Positions 28,543 to 36,057 of a stretch of DNA of 64,000 nt are shown here, in pieces. The notes beneath the pieces are model-generated. The model was not told the DNA's origin and ran no database searches. It worked only from the letters and a program-made list of their open reading frames with translations. The translations under genes and the position numbers were made by a program. Origin of the DNA: an uncultured Nitrospira sp. (GTDB taxonomy: Bacteria > Nitrospirota > Nitrospiria > Nitrospirales > Nitrospiraceae); the NCBI GenBank assembly GCA_964582865.1, contig CAZOUA010000009.1, forward strand, positions 1,341 through 65,340, written 5' to 3'. The first letter of the stretch is position 1; the number at the start of each line of letters is the position of its first letter.

Positions 28543-29693
28543 CCAAGAAAGCAGCTCAAGGCATTCTTCCCTTCCAGCAGATCAGGCGGCTCATCGCCGG
28601 CGGTGCAGTCACGGCCTCTGCAGCGATTGAAGACCGCCAGATCCAGCCGGCCAGTCTCGATCTTCGGTTGGGCAAAAAGGCCTATCGCTTGATCAGCAGC
28701 TTTCTGCCGGAGCTGTCGGCTATCTCCAGCCGCCTCAACGTGATGGATTTTTATCAATCCGATCTCGTGATGTACGAGATGGATTTGAGCGGCGGGGCCA
28801 TTCTCGAAAAAGGCCACGTCTACCTGGTGCCATTGCTGGAATCGCTCAAACTCCCCGGCACCATCCGTGCGCGGGCAAACCCGAAAAGCACCACCGGCCG
28901 GTTGGACGTGTTTACACGCATCGTCACGGACCTGAACGCCGGCTTCGACGAGATCCGCGCCGGCTATCACGGCCCTCTCTTTCTCGAGGTGGTCCCTCGA
29001 TCGTTTGCCATCAAGGTCAAGACCGGCCAGTCCTTGAATCAGATCCGCTTTGTGCGCGGCGAAGCGGCAGCCTCTGACGCGACACTCCAAAGCCTGCACC
29101 GCCGCGAACCGCTCCTGTACCATAACGCCGCGAACCGGAAGCCGCTGCGGGCCAAAGAATTCCGGACCGATCGCGGCCTCTTTCTGCGGATCGACCTGAA
29201 AGGCGAAGAAGGAACAGGCTCACCGGTGATCGGCTACCGGGCCAAGAAAAACAGTCATGTCATCGACCTGTCGAAAATCGGCTATTATGCGGCGGCGGAC
29301 TTCTGGGAGCCTCTCTACCGCCACCGGCAGGACAGTCTGCTGCTGGAACCGGAAGAGTTTTACATCCTCGCCTCCAAGGAACGGATTCGCGTCCCCCCCG
29401 ATTACGCGGCTGAGATGGTCGCCTACGAAGCCGCCTGCGGAGAGCTCCGCACTCACTATGCCGGATTCTTCGATCCGGGATTCGGCTACGGCGCCGACGG
29501 AGAAATCAAAGGCACGCAGGTCGTGCTGGAGGTGCGGCCTCACGACGTCCCGTTCCTGATCCACGATGGACAAACCTTCTTCAAGGTTGTATATGACAGG
29601 ATGCTCGACGTACCGAATCGACTGTATGGAGTCGGTCTCGGCTCCTCCTATCAGCAGCAAGCCCTCACGCTGAGCAAGCATTTCAAGGTCTGA
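28539..29693 (+). CDS. long-form 2'-deoxycytidine 5'-triphosphate deaminase-like protein (PF06559-type)
   Basis: 384 aa. IQPASLDLRLG, ANPKSTTGRLDVFTR, HYAGFFDPGFG and QALTLSKHF match my memory of the long DCD family. GTG start overlaps the kamA stop (GTGA). Confidence 0.88.
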   Translation: MTKKAAQGILPFQQIRRLIAGGAVTASAAIEDRQIQPASLDLRLGKKAYRLISSFLPELSAISSRLNVMDFYQSDLVMYEMDLSGGAILEKGHVYLVPLLESLKLPGTIRARANPKSTTGRLDVFTRIVTDLNAGFDEIRAGYHGPLFLEVVPRSFAIKVKTGQSLNQIRFVRGEAAASDATLQSLHRREPLLYHNAANRKPLRAKEFRTDRGLFLRIDLKGEEGTGSPVIGYRAKKNSHVIDLSKIGYYAAADFWEPLYRHRQDSLLLEPEEFYILASKERIRVPPDYAAEMVAYEAACGELRTHYAGFFDPGFGYGADGEIKGTQVVLEVRPHDVPFLIHDGQTFFKVVYDRMLDVPNRLYGVGLGSSYQQQALTLSKHFKV

Positions 29694-29696
29694 CCT

Positions 29697-30110
29697 ATGG
29701 CTCCAACCGATCTTCCTCCTCCGCACGACCCGGCGCCTCGCCCGACGACTCAACCGAGCGGATCGGAAGAGCAGGACGGCGGCAGCGACCACCAAATGCA
29801 CGTCGTGGGACTCATGGTCGGCACGGCGTTGATGTTCATCGGCTTTCTCAATGTTTTTCTCTCCATCAGCGGGGGCTTCGAAATCAATGTCGTGCCGTTT
29901 TTGATCTACTTCGGAGGCCTGGCCGTGTGGGCGAATGCGGCGATCGAGACTCCGGCCCTTCGATATGGGGTCATGGCAGCGGCTATCGCCCTGGCACTGG
30001 GGTTCTTTCATTACGGCGAGGTGTTGTTCTGGCACAAACAGGTTGTCTTCTGGTCCACCGTCGTCATCGTGATGTACTTCATGTTCAACGAACCGAAAAA
30101 ACCCGATTGA
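29697..30110 (+). CDS. small integral membrane protein (hypothetical)
   Basis: 137 aa. Pro-rich N-terminus followed by 3-4 hydrophobic helices. The ATG is 3 nt after the preceding stop. Confidence 0.65.
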   Translation: MAPTDLPPPHDPAPRPTTQPSGSEEQDGGSDHQMHVVGLMVGTALMFIGFLNVFLSISGGFEINVVPFLIYFGGLAVWANAAIETPALRYGVMAAAIALALGFFHYGEVLFWHKQVVFWSTVVIVMYFMFNEPKKPD

Positions 30111-30120
30111 TTCCTGCCCG

Positions 30121-30828
30121 ATGACGATCTCCGTCATCATCCCCGTGTTCAACGAAGCGCGAACCATCGCCGGCACCATTTCCCATACGAGAAGCCTCGG
30201 CTTCGACGAGCTCATCGTCGTCGATGGAGGGAGCACCGATCAGACGCGAGCGATTGTCGATTCACTGCTTACCGGCGCTCAGGGCTCATCACCCGGCACG
30301 GTTCGACTGCTGCAGGCTCCGCGCGGTCGTGCTGGGCAGATGAATGAAGGCGCGAAAGCGAGTCGAGGAGACGTGCTGCTCTTTTTGCACGCCGATACGC
30401 GCATGCCGGCAACAGCCAAGCAACGGATCGTGGCGGCCCTTGCCGACATACGTATCATCGGCGGACGGTTCGACGTCCGATTCGACAGCCCTTCCGCCTG
30501 GGGACGGGTCATCAGCGCCTTCATGAACGTCCGGTCGCGACTCACGCGCATTTCAACAGGCGACCAGGCGATCTTCGTCCGCCGCGAGGTCTTCGAGCGG
30601 CTCGGTGGATTTTCCGACATCCCGGTCATGGAAGACATCGAGTTCAGCGCCAGACTCAAGCGCACCGGACCGACAGCCGCCTTGCGCGACCCCGTCACCA
30701 CCTCCTTCCGCCGCTGGGAGCAGCGGGGCCCGCTCAACACCATCCTCTTGATGTGGACCTTGCGGTTCCTGTATTGGATGGGGGTCAGTCCGCACCGACT
30801 CAAGAATTTCTATGCAGCAGTGAGATAG
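30121..30828 (+). CDS. family 2 glycosyltransferase (TIGR04283-like)
   Basis: 235 aa. ISVIIPVFNE, VVDGGSTD and LFLHADT (DxD-like) are typical GT2 motifs. 10-nt gap to the upstream gene. Confidence 0.88.
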   Translation: MTISVIIPVFNEARTIAGTISHTRSLGFDELIVVDGGSTDQTRAIVDSLLTGAQGSSPGTVRLLQAPRGRAGQMNEGAKASRGDVLLFLHADTRMPATAKQRIVAALADIRIIGGRFDVRFDSPSAWGRVISAFMNVRSRLTRISTGDQAIFVRREVFERLGGFSDIPVMEDIEFSARLKRTGPTAALRDPVTTSFRRWEQRGPLNTILLMWTLRFLYWMGVSPHRLKNFYAAVR

Positions 30829-30835
30829 AAACACA

Positions 30836-31585
30836 GTGAATCCAACACTCAGCCCTCAGCCCTCAGCCCTCAGCACTGCCTTAGTGATCTTCGCCAAAGC
30901 GCCGATCCCCGGCCAGGTCAAAACACGTCTCTGCCCTCCCCTCACTCCCGACGAAGCCGCCACGTTGCACGGCAGCTTTGTCCTCGACACCCTTGAGCGC
31001 ACGCGAACAGCTGTGGCGAAACTGAAACTTCCCTTCGACCGCTATCTCGCCTGCTCGCCGTCATCGACGCTCGTGTTTTTCAAGATCATGGAGGAACGCC
31101 AGGGCGTGAAGCTGATCGATCAGGTCGGTGATGATTTGGGCGTACGGATGCAGCATGCCTTTGAAACGCTGTTTGCACGCAGGTACCAGCGCGTGCTGAT
31201 CGTCGGGAGCGACGTTCCCTCTCTCCCTCTCCAACATTACATGCAGGCTCTGACAATGCTGGAACGACATGATCTCGTGCTGGGGCCGGCTCTCGACGGC
31301 GGCTACTATTTGATCGGCCTCAACACACCCGCGCCCGCGCTTTTCGAAAACATCCCCTGGTCGACCAATCAGGTGCTGGCTTTGACCTGTGAAAGGGCCA
31401 AGACGCTGGGATTACACGCAGGCCTACTGCCCGAATGGCGCGATATCGACAACATCGACGATCTCAAGGCGCTGATCGAAGCCGCTTCGCTCGATGCCAG
31501 GAAGCCGAAGAACGAGCAATCATTTTCGAGCCGGACAGCCGGCGCGCTTCAATTCATCGCCAAACAGCTGCGATCGAGAGCCTAA
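30836..31585 (+). CDS. DUF2064 / TIGR04282-like nucleotidyltransferase-fold protein
   Basis: ALVIFAKAPIPGQVKTRL and GPALDGGYYLIG are family hallmarks. The GTG at 30836 would translate the heptamer repeat; an in-frame GTG at 30884 (VIFAKAP) is an equally good start. Confidence 0.85.
   Translation: MNPTLSPQPSALSTALVIFAKAPIPGQVKTRLCPPLTPDEAATLHGSFVLDTLERTRTAVAKLKLPFDRYLACSPSSTLVFFKIMEERQGVKLIDQVGDDLGVRMQHAFETLFARRYQRVLIVGSDVPSLPLQHYMQALTMLERHDLVLGPALDGGYYLIGLNTPAPALFENIPWSTNQVLALTCERAKTLGLHAGLLPEWRDIDNIDDLKALIEAASLDARKPKNEQSFSSRTAGALQFIAKQLRSRA
30849..30875 (+). repeat. tandem heptamer (TCAGCCC)x3 + TCAGCA
   Basis: tcagccc tcagccc tcagccc tcagca, located between the GT2 stop and the conserved start of the DUF2064 gene. 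Confidence 0.8.
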
Positions 31586-31598
31586 CCAAGGAGCCTTC

Positions 31599-32333
31599 AT
31601 GCATACGCCTGTCGCCCTCATCACCGGCGGCGCCAAAGGGATCGGACGCGGGATCGCGCTCGATCTTGCCGCAAAGAAATGGAACGTCGCCTTCTGCTAT
31701 CGAACCAGCGAAGCGGAGGCCAAGAACACTGCGGCCGCCATTACAGAAAAGGGCGGGCAGGCGCTGGCCATACGCTGCGATGTTTCCGACCCCGTCGCCG
31801 TGAAAAGCCTGGTCATGCAGGTTGAGCAACAATGGGGGCAGATCACTGTCCTGATTAATGGCGCCGGGCCCTATCATCGCGTGAATCTGTTCGACGAAAC
31901 GGTCGAGGGCTGGAATGCCATGTTCGATGGGAACCTGCACCCGATTTTCTATCTGGCGCAAGCCGTTGCGCCCGGCATGAAGGCGCGCAAGTCAGGCCGC
32001 ATCATCAACTTCAGCATGGCCAATGCCGATCAGATGGTTGCACAACCGGACGTGACGGCACACTACATTGCCAAAGCCGGCGTGTTGATCCTCACCAGAA
32101 CCTTGGCCAAGCTCCTGGCTCCGCACGGCATTACCGTCAACGCCGTTTCGCCCGGTTTCATCGATTCCGGCAGCGCACCTCCGGAAGAACTGGCAGGGAT
32201 GACCAAACGAATTCCCGCCGGCTACATCGGCACCGTCGACGACACCGTTGCTGCCGTCCGCTACTTACTGAGCGACGACGCGCGCTACGTGAACGGGGCA
32301 AACATTCAGATCAGCGGAGCATGGGGGATATAA
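31599..32333 (+). CDS. short-chain dehydrogenase/reductase (FabG-like)
   Basis: 244 aa from the ATG at 31599 (AAGGAG SD). TGGAKGIGRGIA, NGAG and YIAKAG (YxxxK). Confidence 0.9.
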   Translation: MHTPVALITGGAKGIGRGIALDLAAKKWNVAFCYRTSEAEAKNTAAAITEKGGQALAIRCDVSDPVAVKSLVMQVEQQWGQITVLINGAGPYHRVNLFDETVEGWNAMFDGNLHPIFYLAQAVAPGMKARKSGRIINFSMANADQMVAQPDVTAHYIAKAGVLILTRTLAKLLAPHGITVNAVSPGFIDSGSAPPEELAGMTKRIPAGYIGTVDDTVAAVRYLLSDDARYVNGANIQISGAWGI

Positions 32334-32345
32334 GAAGGAGAGACG

Positions 32346-32750
32346 ATGCAATCAGAACAAGAACGCCAAACTCATCAGCGATTCGTGCAGGCCCTCCAGC
32401 ATGAGCACTTGACCTGCGCCAAACCCGGTTGCGGCGGGCCGATGGACGTCGTCGATCTCACGCCGCATCTCGCCCGCATCAAGACCTACGAAGCCGAATG
32501 CGAGCGCTGTCATGTGAAGGAACAGATTACAGGGAAGGAACAGAACCAGCCGCCATGGGATGACGCATCCATCACCATGATGGCCGAAGTGCATCTGCTC
32601 CACGACCAGCCGACCTGCCCCTACGACGACACGCCCATCACGTTTATTTCCATGCCGAATCCACGGCGCAAAGCCCGCTACCGCCTCGCCTGCTTCTACT
32701 GCGGCCGTCACACGGAAATGAATTGGCCGCCACCGGAGGCGAAACGGTGA
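32346..32750 (+). CDS. Cys-rich (zinc-ribbon-like) hypothetical protein
   Basis: 134 aa. AAGGAG SD. Cys pairs CAKPGC, CERC and CFYC, plus CPYDD. Last gene of the tight operon. Confidence 0.6.
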   Translation: MQSEQERQTHQRFVQALQHEHLTCAKPGCGGPMDVVDLTPHLARIKTYEAECERCHVKEQITGKEQNQPPWDDASITMMAEVHLLHDQPTCPYDDTPITFISMPNPRRKARYRLACFYCGRHTEMNWPPPEAKR

Positions 32751-33029
32751 GGAGCAGCTGTCGAACTCTCGATTGCGCGTGTCCAACAAGCACCGTCTCA
32801 TCGTGCGCGTTTCTAATAAGATTGCCTCTCCGGCTCCCTTCCCCCTCCACTGCTGAAATCAAAAAGGTGGGCTGACGGGAGAGAACTGCGGACGCCATCG
32901 CCGGAGGGGGCGGGACACAACATCCTCCCAATTACTCCACCTAGGGAAGGAAGGCGGCGGGATGGTTGTGACGTGACGTTGCGGGTGAGCCACGCTGATG
33001 TGCGTGGCGGGAAACCAAGCGAGGCCCGA

Positions 33030-33061
33030 CAGCGCCTTCCTTTTCAAACTGGAAGGCGCTG
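33030..33061. terminator. 11-bp perfect hairpin in a convergent gap (possible bidirectional terminator)
   Basis: cagcgccttcc / ttttcaaact / ggaaggcgctg, between the operon end (32750) and the grxD stop (33174). No clear U-tract. Confidence 0.35.
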
Positions 33062-33173
33062 ATCGGAAATCTCCAAATTCTGATTTGGGGGATGGGGGGG
33101 AACCGCAGCCGGCTTCCCGGCAGCTACAGCAGCGTGGCGAGCACGCATCAAATCGACACGACCGCCCGCCGCC

Positions 33174-33497
33174 TTACTTCCCGAACGCCTTTTTCAGCAG
33201 CGGCTCGATCTCGCCCTTGGCCGCCATAGGATCCAAGACATCCGTATCGCCATAGAACGTGCCGTCGATGAATACTTTCGGCAGCGTCGGCCAGTTGGTC
33301 AACTTCGTGAGCGCTTCCCGCTTCGCAGGCTGCGAAAGCACATCAATGACTTCGTACGGGTAGCCGTACTTGTCGAAGAACTGCATCGTTTCCCTGGTGA
33401 ATCCGCACATCGGCATCGTCTTCGTACCCTTCCCGTAGATCAAAATCTTGTGCGTCTTCACTTCCTTCTGAATTTCTTCTTCCATCGGTTCTGCCAT
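33174..33497 (-). CDS. grxD: monothiol glutaredoxin (Grx4/GrxD family, CGFT variant)
   Basis: 107 aa from the ATG at 33497 (AGGAGG SD). ILIYGKGTKTMPMCGFT, WPTLPKVFIDG.FYGDTD. Confidence 0.9.
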   Translation of the reverse strand: MAEPMEEEIQKEVKTHKILIYGKGTKTMPMCGFTRETMQFFDKYGYPYEVIDVLSQPAKREALTKLTNWPTLPKVFIDGTFYGDTDVLDPMAAKGEIEPLLKKAFGK

Positions 33498-33612
33498 CGT
33501 CGGCCTCCTTTTCTGAGAATCGGCGTGAGACAAGCGGCTCGTGGCAAGAACGCCTCCCTCCAAGGCGAATTCTCTGAACCGCTTGCCCCTAGCCCCTAAC
33601 CTATCGCTGCGA

Positions 33613-33852
33613 TCAGTTCTCGTCCTTCGTTTTCGCGGTCAACTCCAATGCGTGAATGCGCCCATCCTTCAACGGAATATCAAGTGCCTGATAAATCAGG
33701 CGATGCCGATCCAGCAGATTCTTGCCCTGAAAGGTGTCGGACACGACCACAACTTTGAGATGATCCATCGTGCCGGTTCTATCAATCATGGTGACCATCG
33801 CGTCCGGCATGGACCGTCTGATGAAATCCGTTAACGTTTCCTGTGTAATCAC
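33613..33852 (-). CDS. bolA: BolA-family protein
   Basis: 79 aa from the GTG at 33852, preceded by AGAGGAGG. HLKVVVVSDTFQGKNLLDRHRLIYQAL..IHALEL is the BolA signature. The ORF-track form (to 34071) is an over-extension. Confidence 0.85.
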   Translation of the reverse strand: MITQETLTDFIRRSMPDAMVTMIDRTGTMDHLKVVVVSDTFQGKNLLDRHRLIYQALDIPLKDGRIHALELTAKTKDEN

Positions 33853-34140
33853 TGCGACCTCCTCTTTCTTGCAGGATACCGTAGCGGCTTTCTCAAAGGC
33901 AATTCGATGAAGCGCGCCCTTTGTACGGCGTACGTAATGGAAGCAGGTCGCAATCTGATTCACCACTGAATCGCATGTGATTCCACGTATTTCAACCATT
34001 GACGCAGCCTCGCCAGCGATTCCTGCCCCCAAGCTCTCTACAATAAAAGGGATTTCACCACTCGCAACCACCTCTTTTCCTGGTACAGATCTTGGGATAA
34101 CACATCTCCAAGATTGATTGTTCTGTAAGAGGAGGCGCGT

Positions 34141-34215
34141 ATGACGACCATGATGACCTTAACCGCGATCACGGTACTGCTCAGTTCACTGCTGCTCTTG
34201 CACCGCATCTGGTGA
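34141..34215 (+). CDS. candidate small hydrophobic peptide (24 aa)
   Basis: MTTMMTLTAITVLLSSLLLLHRIW. GAGGAGG sits 5 nt upstream of the ATG, the best SD in this 630-bp gap. Single predicted TM helix. Below the ORF-track length cutoff. Confidence 0.4.
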   Translation: MTTMMTLTAITVLLSSLLLLHRIW

Positions 34216-34486
34216 TGCAATCCAGGACTGCACGATGAAGACAATGCAGCATGATTCTGGTGGTGGATATCAGCCAGCGGTGGTGCAAGTGAGCCAGCTG
34301 CATTTCAGCATTCAAGCCGTCCTGTCGAAAAGCCATTGATAATGCACGCATCTTGAACTTCATTATTCATGGCACATTGGTTGCTGTAGACACAGAGCAA
34401 GAAAGACGAATCACTGGAAATGCACGATCAGGCAGAGAGAGAAGGGTAAGAGATCAATCGCAGCCTACACAACAAAGGAGGGCGTC

Positions 34487-34921
34487 ATGGGTGAATTTAC
34501 CTCTGGGTTCTTTATGGGAGACAAGGAAACGAACGGGCGCGTGCTGGTGGTGGATGACGAAGCGGACATCCGGAAAGTCGTCCGCATGACGTTGCAGAAG
34601 GCCGGTTACGATGTGCTCGAAGCGGAGAACGGCGAAAAAGCGATCGAGACCATCAATGCGGGTGAGAACCGGCTGCTCCTCGACGTCGTCATCTGCGACA
34701 TCCGTATGCCGAAGATCAACGGGGTCGAAGCGATCGCGTACTTCCGCAGCAATTATCCGCGCGTGCCGGTCATCGTGCTTACCGGATTCCCCGATACGGA
34801 CATGGCCACGTCGATGCTCCGCCAGGGTGTCGTCGACTACCTCGTCAAGCCGGTCGAAGGCGAAAAGTTGAGAGAGGCCGTGGGCCGGGCTATGGAGCAG
34901 CGAGAATTGGCCCATCTCTGA
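34487..34921 (+). CDS. single-domain response regulator (CheY-like receiver)
   Basis: 144 aa. VLVVDDE, phospho-acceptor region DVVICDIRMPKING, LTG, K (LVKP). AAAGGAGGG SD. Confidence 0.9.
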   Translation: MGEFTSGFFMGDKETNGRVLVVDDEADIRKVVRMTLQKAGYDVLEAENGEKAIETINAGENRLLLDVVICDIRMPKINGVEAIAYFRSNYPRVPVIVLTGFPDTDMATSMLRQGVVDYLVKPVEGEKLREAVGRAMEQRELAHL

Positions 34922-36057
34922 TGGCCGTAACGGATGACATCACGGGGAGGGCCAGCCGGCTGGCCTCCCCTCCTCCGGAGGTGAACGCGGTGCAGCACCT
35001 GACGGACAGAGCTGTCGTGGCAAAACTTGCGCCGACCAAAGTGGCAATTCTGGGAGCAGGGCGAGGAGGCAGCGCACTCCTTGATCTTCTTCACCAGATT
35101 CCTTCGATCGACATCGTAGGGATTATGGATCGCGATCTGCGGGCGCCGGGGATTCTGCGCGCGAAAGACCTCGGCATTCCCGTCGTTGATGAAGCGGACG
35201 TGCTCGTGAGCCGTGACGGCATCAACCTGATCATGGACGTGACCGGAGATCCGTCCATGGCGAGATTTATTCAAACCCATAAACAGCCAGAAGCCGAAGT
35301 GCTGAGCGGATCGGCCTCGCGCGTCTTGTGGGAACTCGCCCAGTATGAAGCCAATCTCCAGGCTGAGCTGCTCCATGCCGAAAAACTGGCCGGCATCGGT
35401 TCGTTCGCCACGGGAATCGCGCACGACATCAACAATCCGCTGCAATTGATCATGGGGCTGGCGGAAAACCTCGCCGACGAGAAGAACTTGGACACGATTC
35501 ACGAACAGGCACGGGAGATTATCGAAGCGGTTCGCAGGACCAGCGCCATCTGCCGGGATCTCACCCAATACGCCCGAAGAACGTCGTCCCGGGATGATAC
35601 GATGGTGTGTCTCAACGGACGGCTCGACGAGGCGCTCAAGATCGCCCGCTACGCGGCCAGTTTTCACGATATCACCGTGATGAAGGAATACCAGCAGGGC
35701 GCCGCAGCCAAAGGGAATCCGGACGAGTTGCTTCACGTATTCGTGAACCTGATTACCAACGCCGTCCACGCGATGGATCATGGCGGTGGCACGCTTAGAT
35801 TGGCTACCGCAATATCCGAATATGGCGCCACCGTCCGGATCATCGACAGCGGATGCGGCATTCCTCCGGACATGTTGGGACAGATCTTCGATCCGTTCTT
35901 TACGACGAAAGCGCCGGGGAAGGGCACGGGGCTCGGGCTCTACAACGTCAAGACCATCGTCACCAAAATGCACGGGAAAATCGGCGTTGAAAGCCGCGTC
36001 GATCACGGCAGCACATTTACGATCACCTTTCCTCCCGCTTCAGAGGCTCCGTCGTGA
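34921..36057 (+). CDS. cytoplasmic histidine kinase with N-terminal Rossmann (GxGxxG) domain
   Basis: 378 aa. [18 protein letters not shown], then HisKA ([10 protein letters not shown]) and HATPase_c ([18 protein letters not shown]). Its ATG shares one base with the upstream TGA. Confidence 0.9.
   Translation: MAVTDDITGRASRLASPPPEVNAVQHLTDRAVVAKLAPTKVAILGAGRGGSALLDLLHQIPSIDIVGIMDRDLRAPGILRAKDLGIPVVDEADVLVSRDGINLIMDVTGDPSMARFIQTHKQPEAEVLSGSASRVLWELAQYEANLQAELLHAEKLAGIGSFATGIAHDINNPLQLIMGLAENLADEKNLDTIHEQAREIIEAVRRTSAICRDLTQYARRTSSRDDTMVCLNGRLDEALKIARYAASFHDITVMKEYQQGAAAKGNPDELLHVFVNLITNAVHAMDHGGGTLRLATAISEYGATVRIIDSGCGIPPDMLGQIFDPFFTTKAPGKGTGLGLYNVKTIVTKMHGKIGVESRVDHGSTFTITFPPASEAPS

Noticed and set aside
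29220-30236. 338-aa ORF on the - strand
   Set aside because: It crosses three + strand genes (DCD-like, membrane protein, GT2) that have family motifs and tight operon spacing. It is a shadow ORF.
32857-33050. Possible third, degenerate copy of the arsI-flanking repeat (tcaaaaagg at 32862, ccttttcaa at 33038)
   Set aside because: Only a 9-mer core is shared. A 9-mer is expected by chance about once in 128 kb of two-strand sequence, and the internal alignment is poor.
33853-34071. N-terminal 73-aa extension of the BolA ORF in the ORF track
   Set aside because: BolA proteins are about 80-105 aa. A GTG with an AGAGGAGG SD sits at 33852 exactly where similarity begins. The extension lies in the lower-GC spacer and has no coding character.
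34235-34339. Second small ORF (34 aa, MKTMQHDSGGGYQPAVVQVSQLHFSIQAVLSKSH) in the lower-GC gap
   Set aside because: It has only a weak AGGA 7 nt upstream and a hydrophilic, featureless sequence. It overlaps the 8-bp inverted repeat. The support is insufficient.
33853-34486. Known housekeeping ncRNAs (SRP/4.5S, 6S, RNase P, tmRNA) in the large gaps (also 32751-33173, 52690-53121, 59320-59723, 60303-60685)
   Set aside because: I could not find the signature motifs (SRP domain IV GGAA/AGCA loops, RNase P GAAAGUCCGG-type P4, tmRNA tRNA-like ends). A covariance-model scan is still needed to exclude them.
34837-36006. 389-aa ORF on the - strand
   Set aside because: It is antisense to the Rossmann-domain histidine kinase, which has H-, N- and G-boxes.
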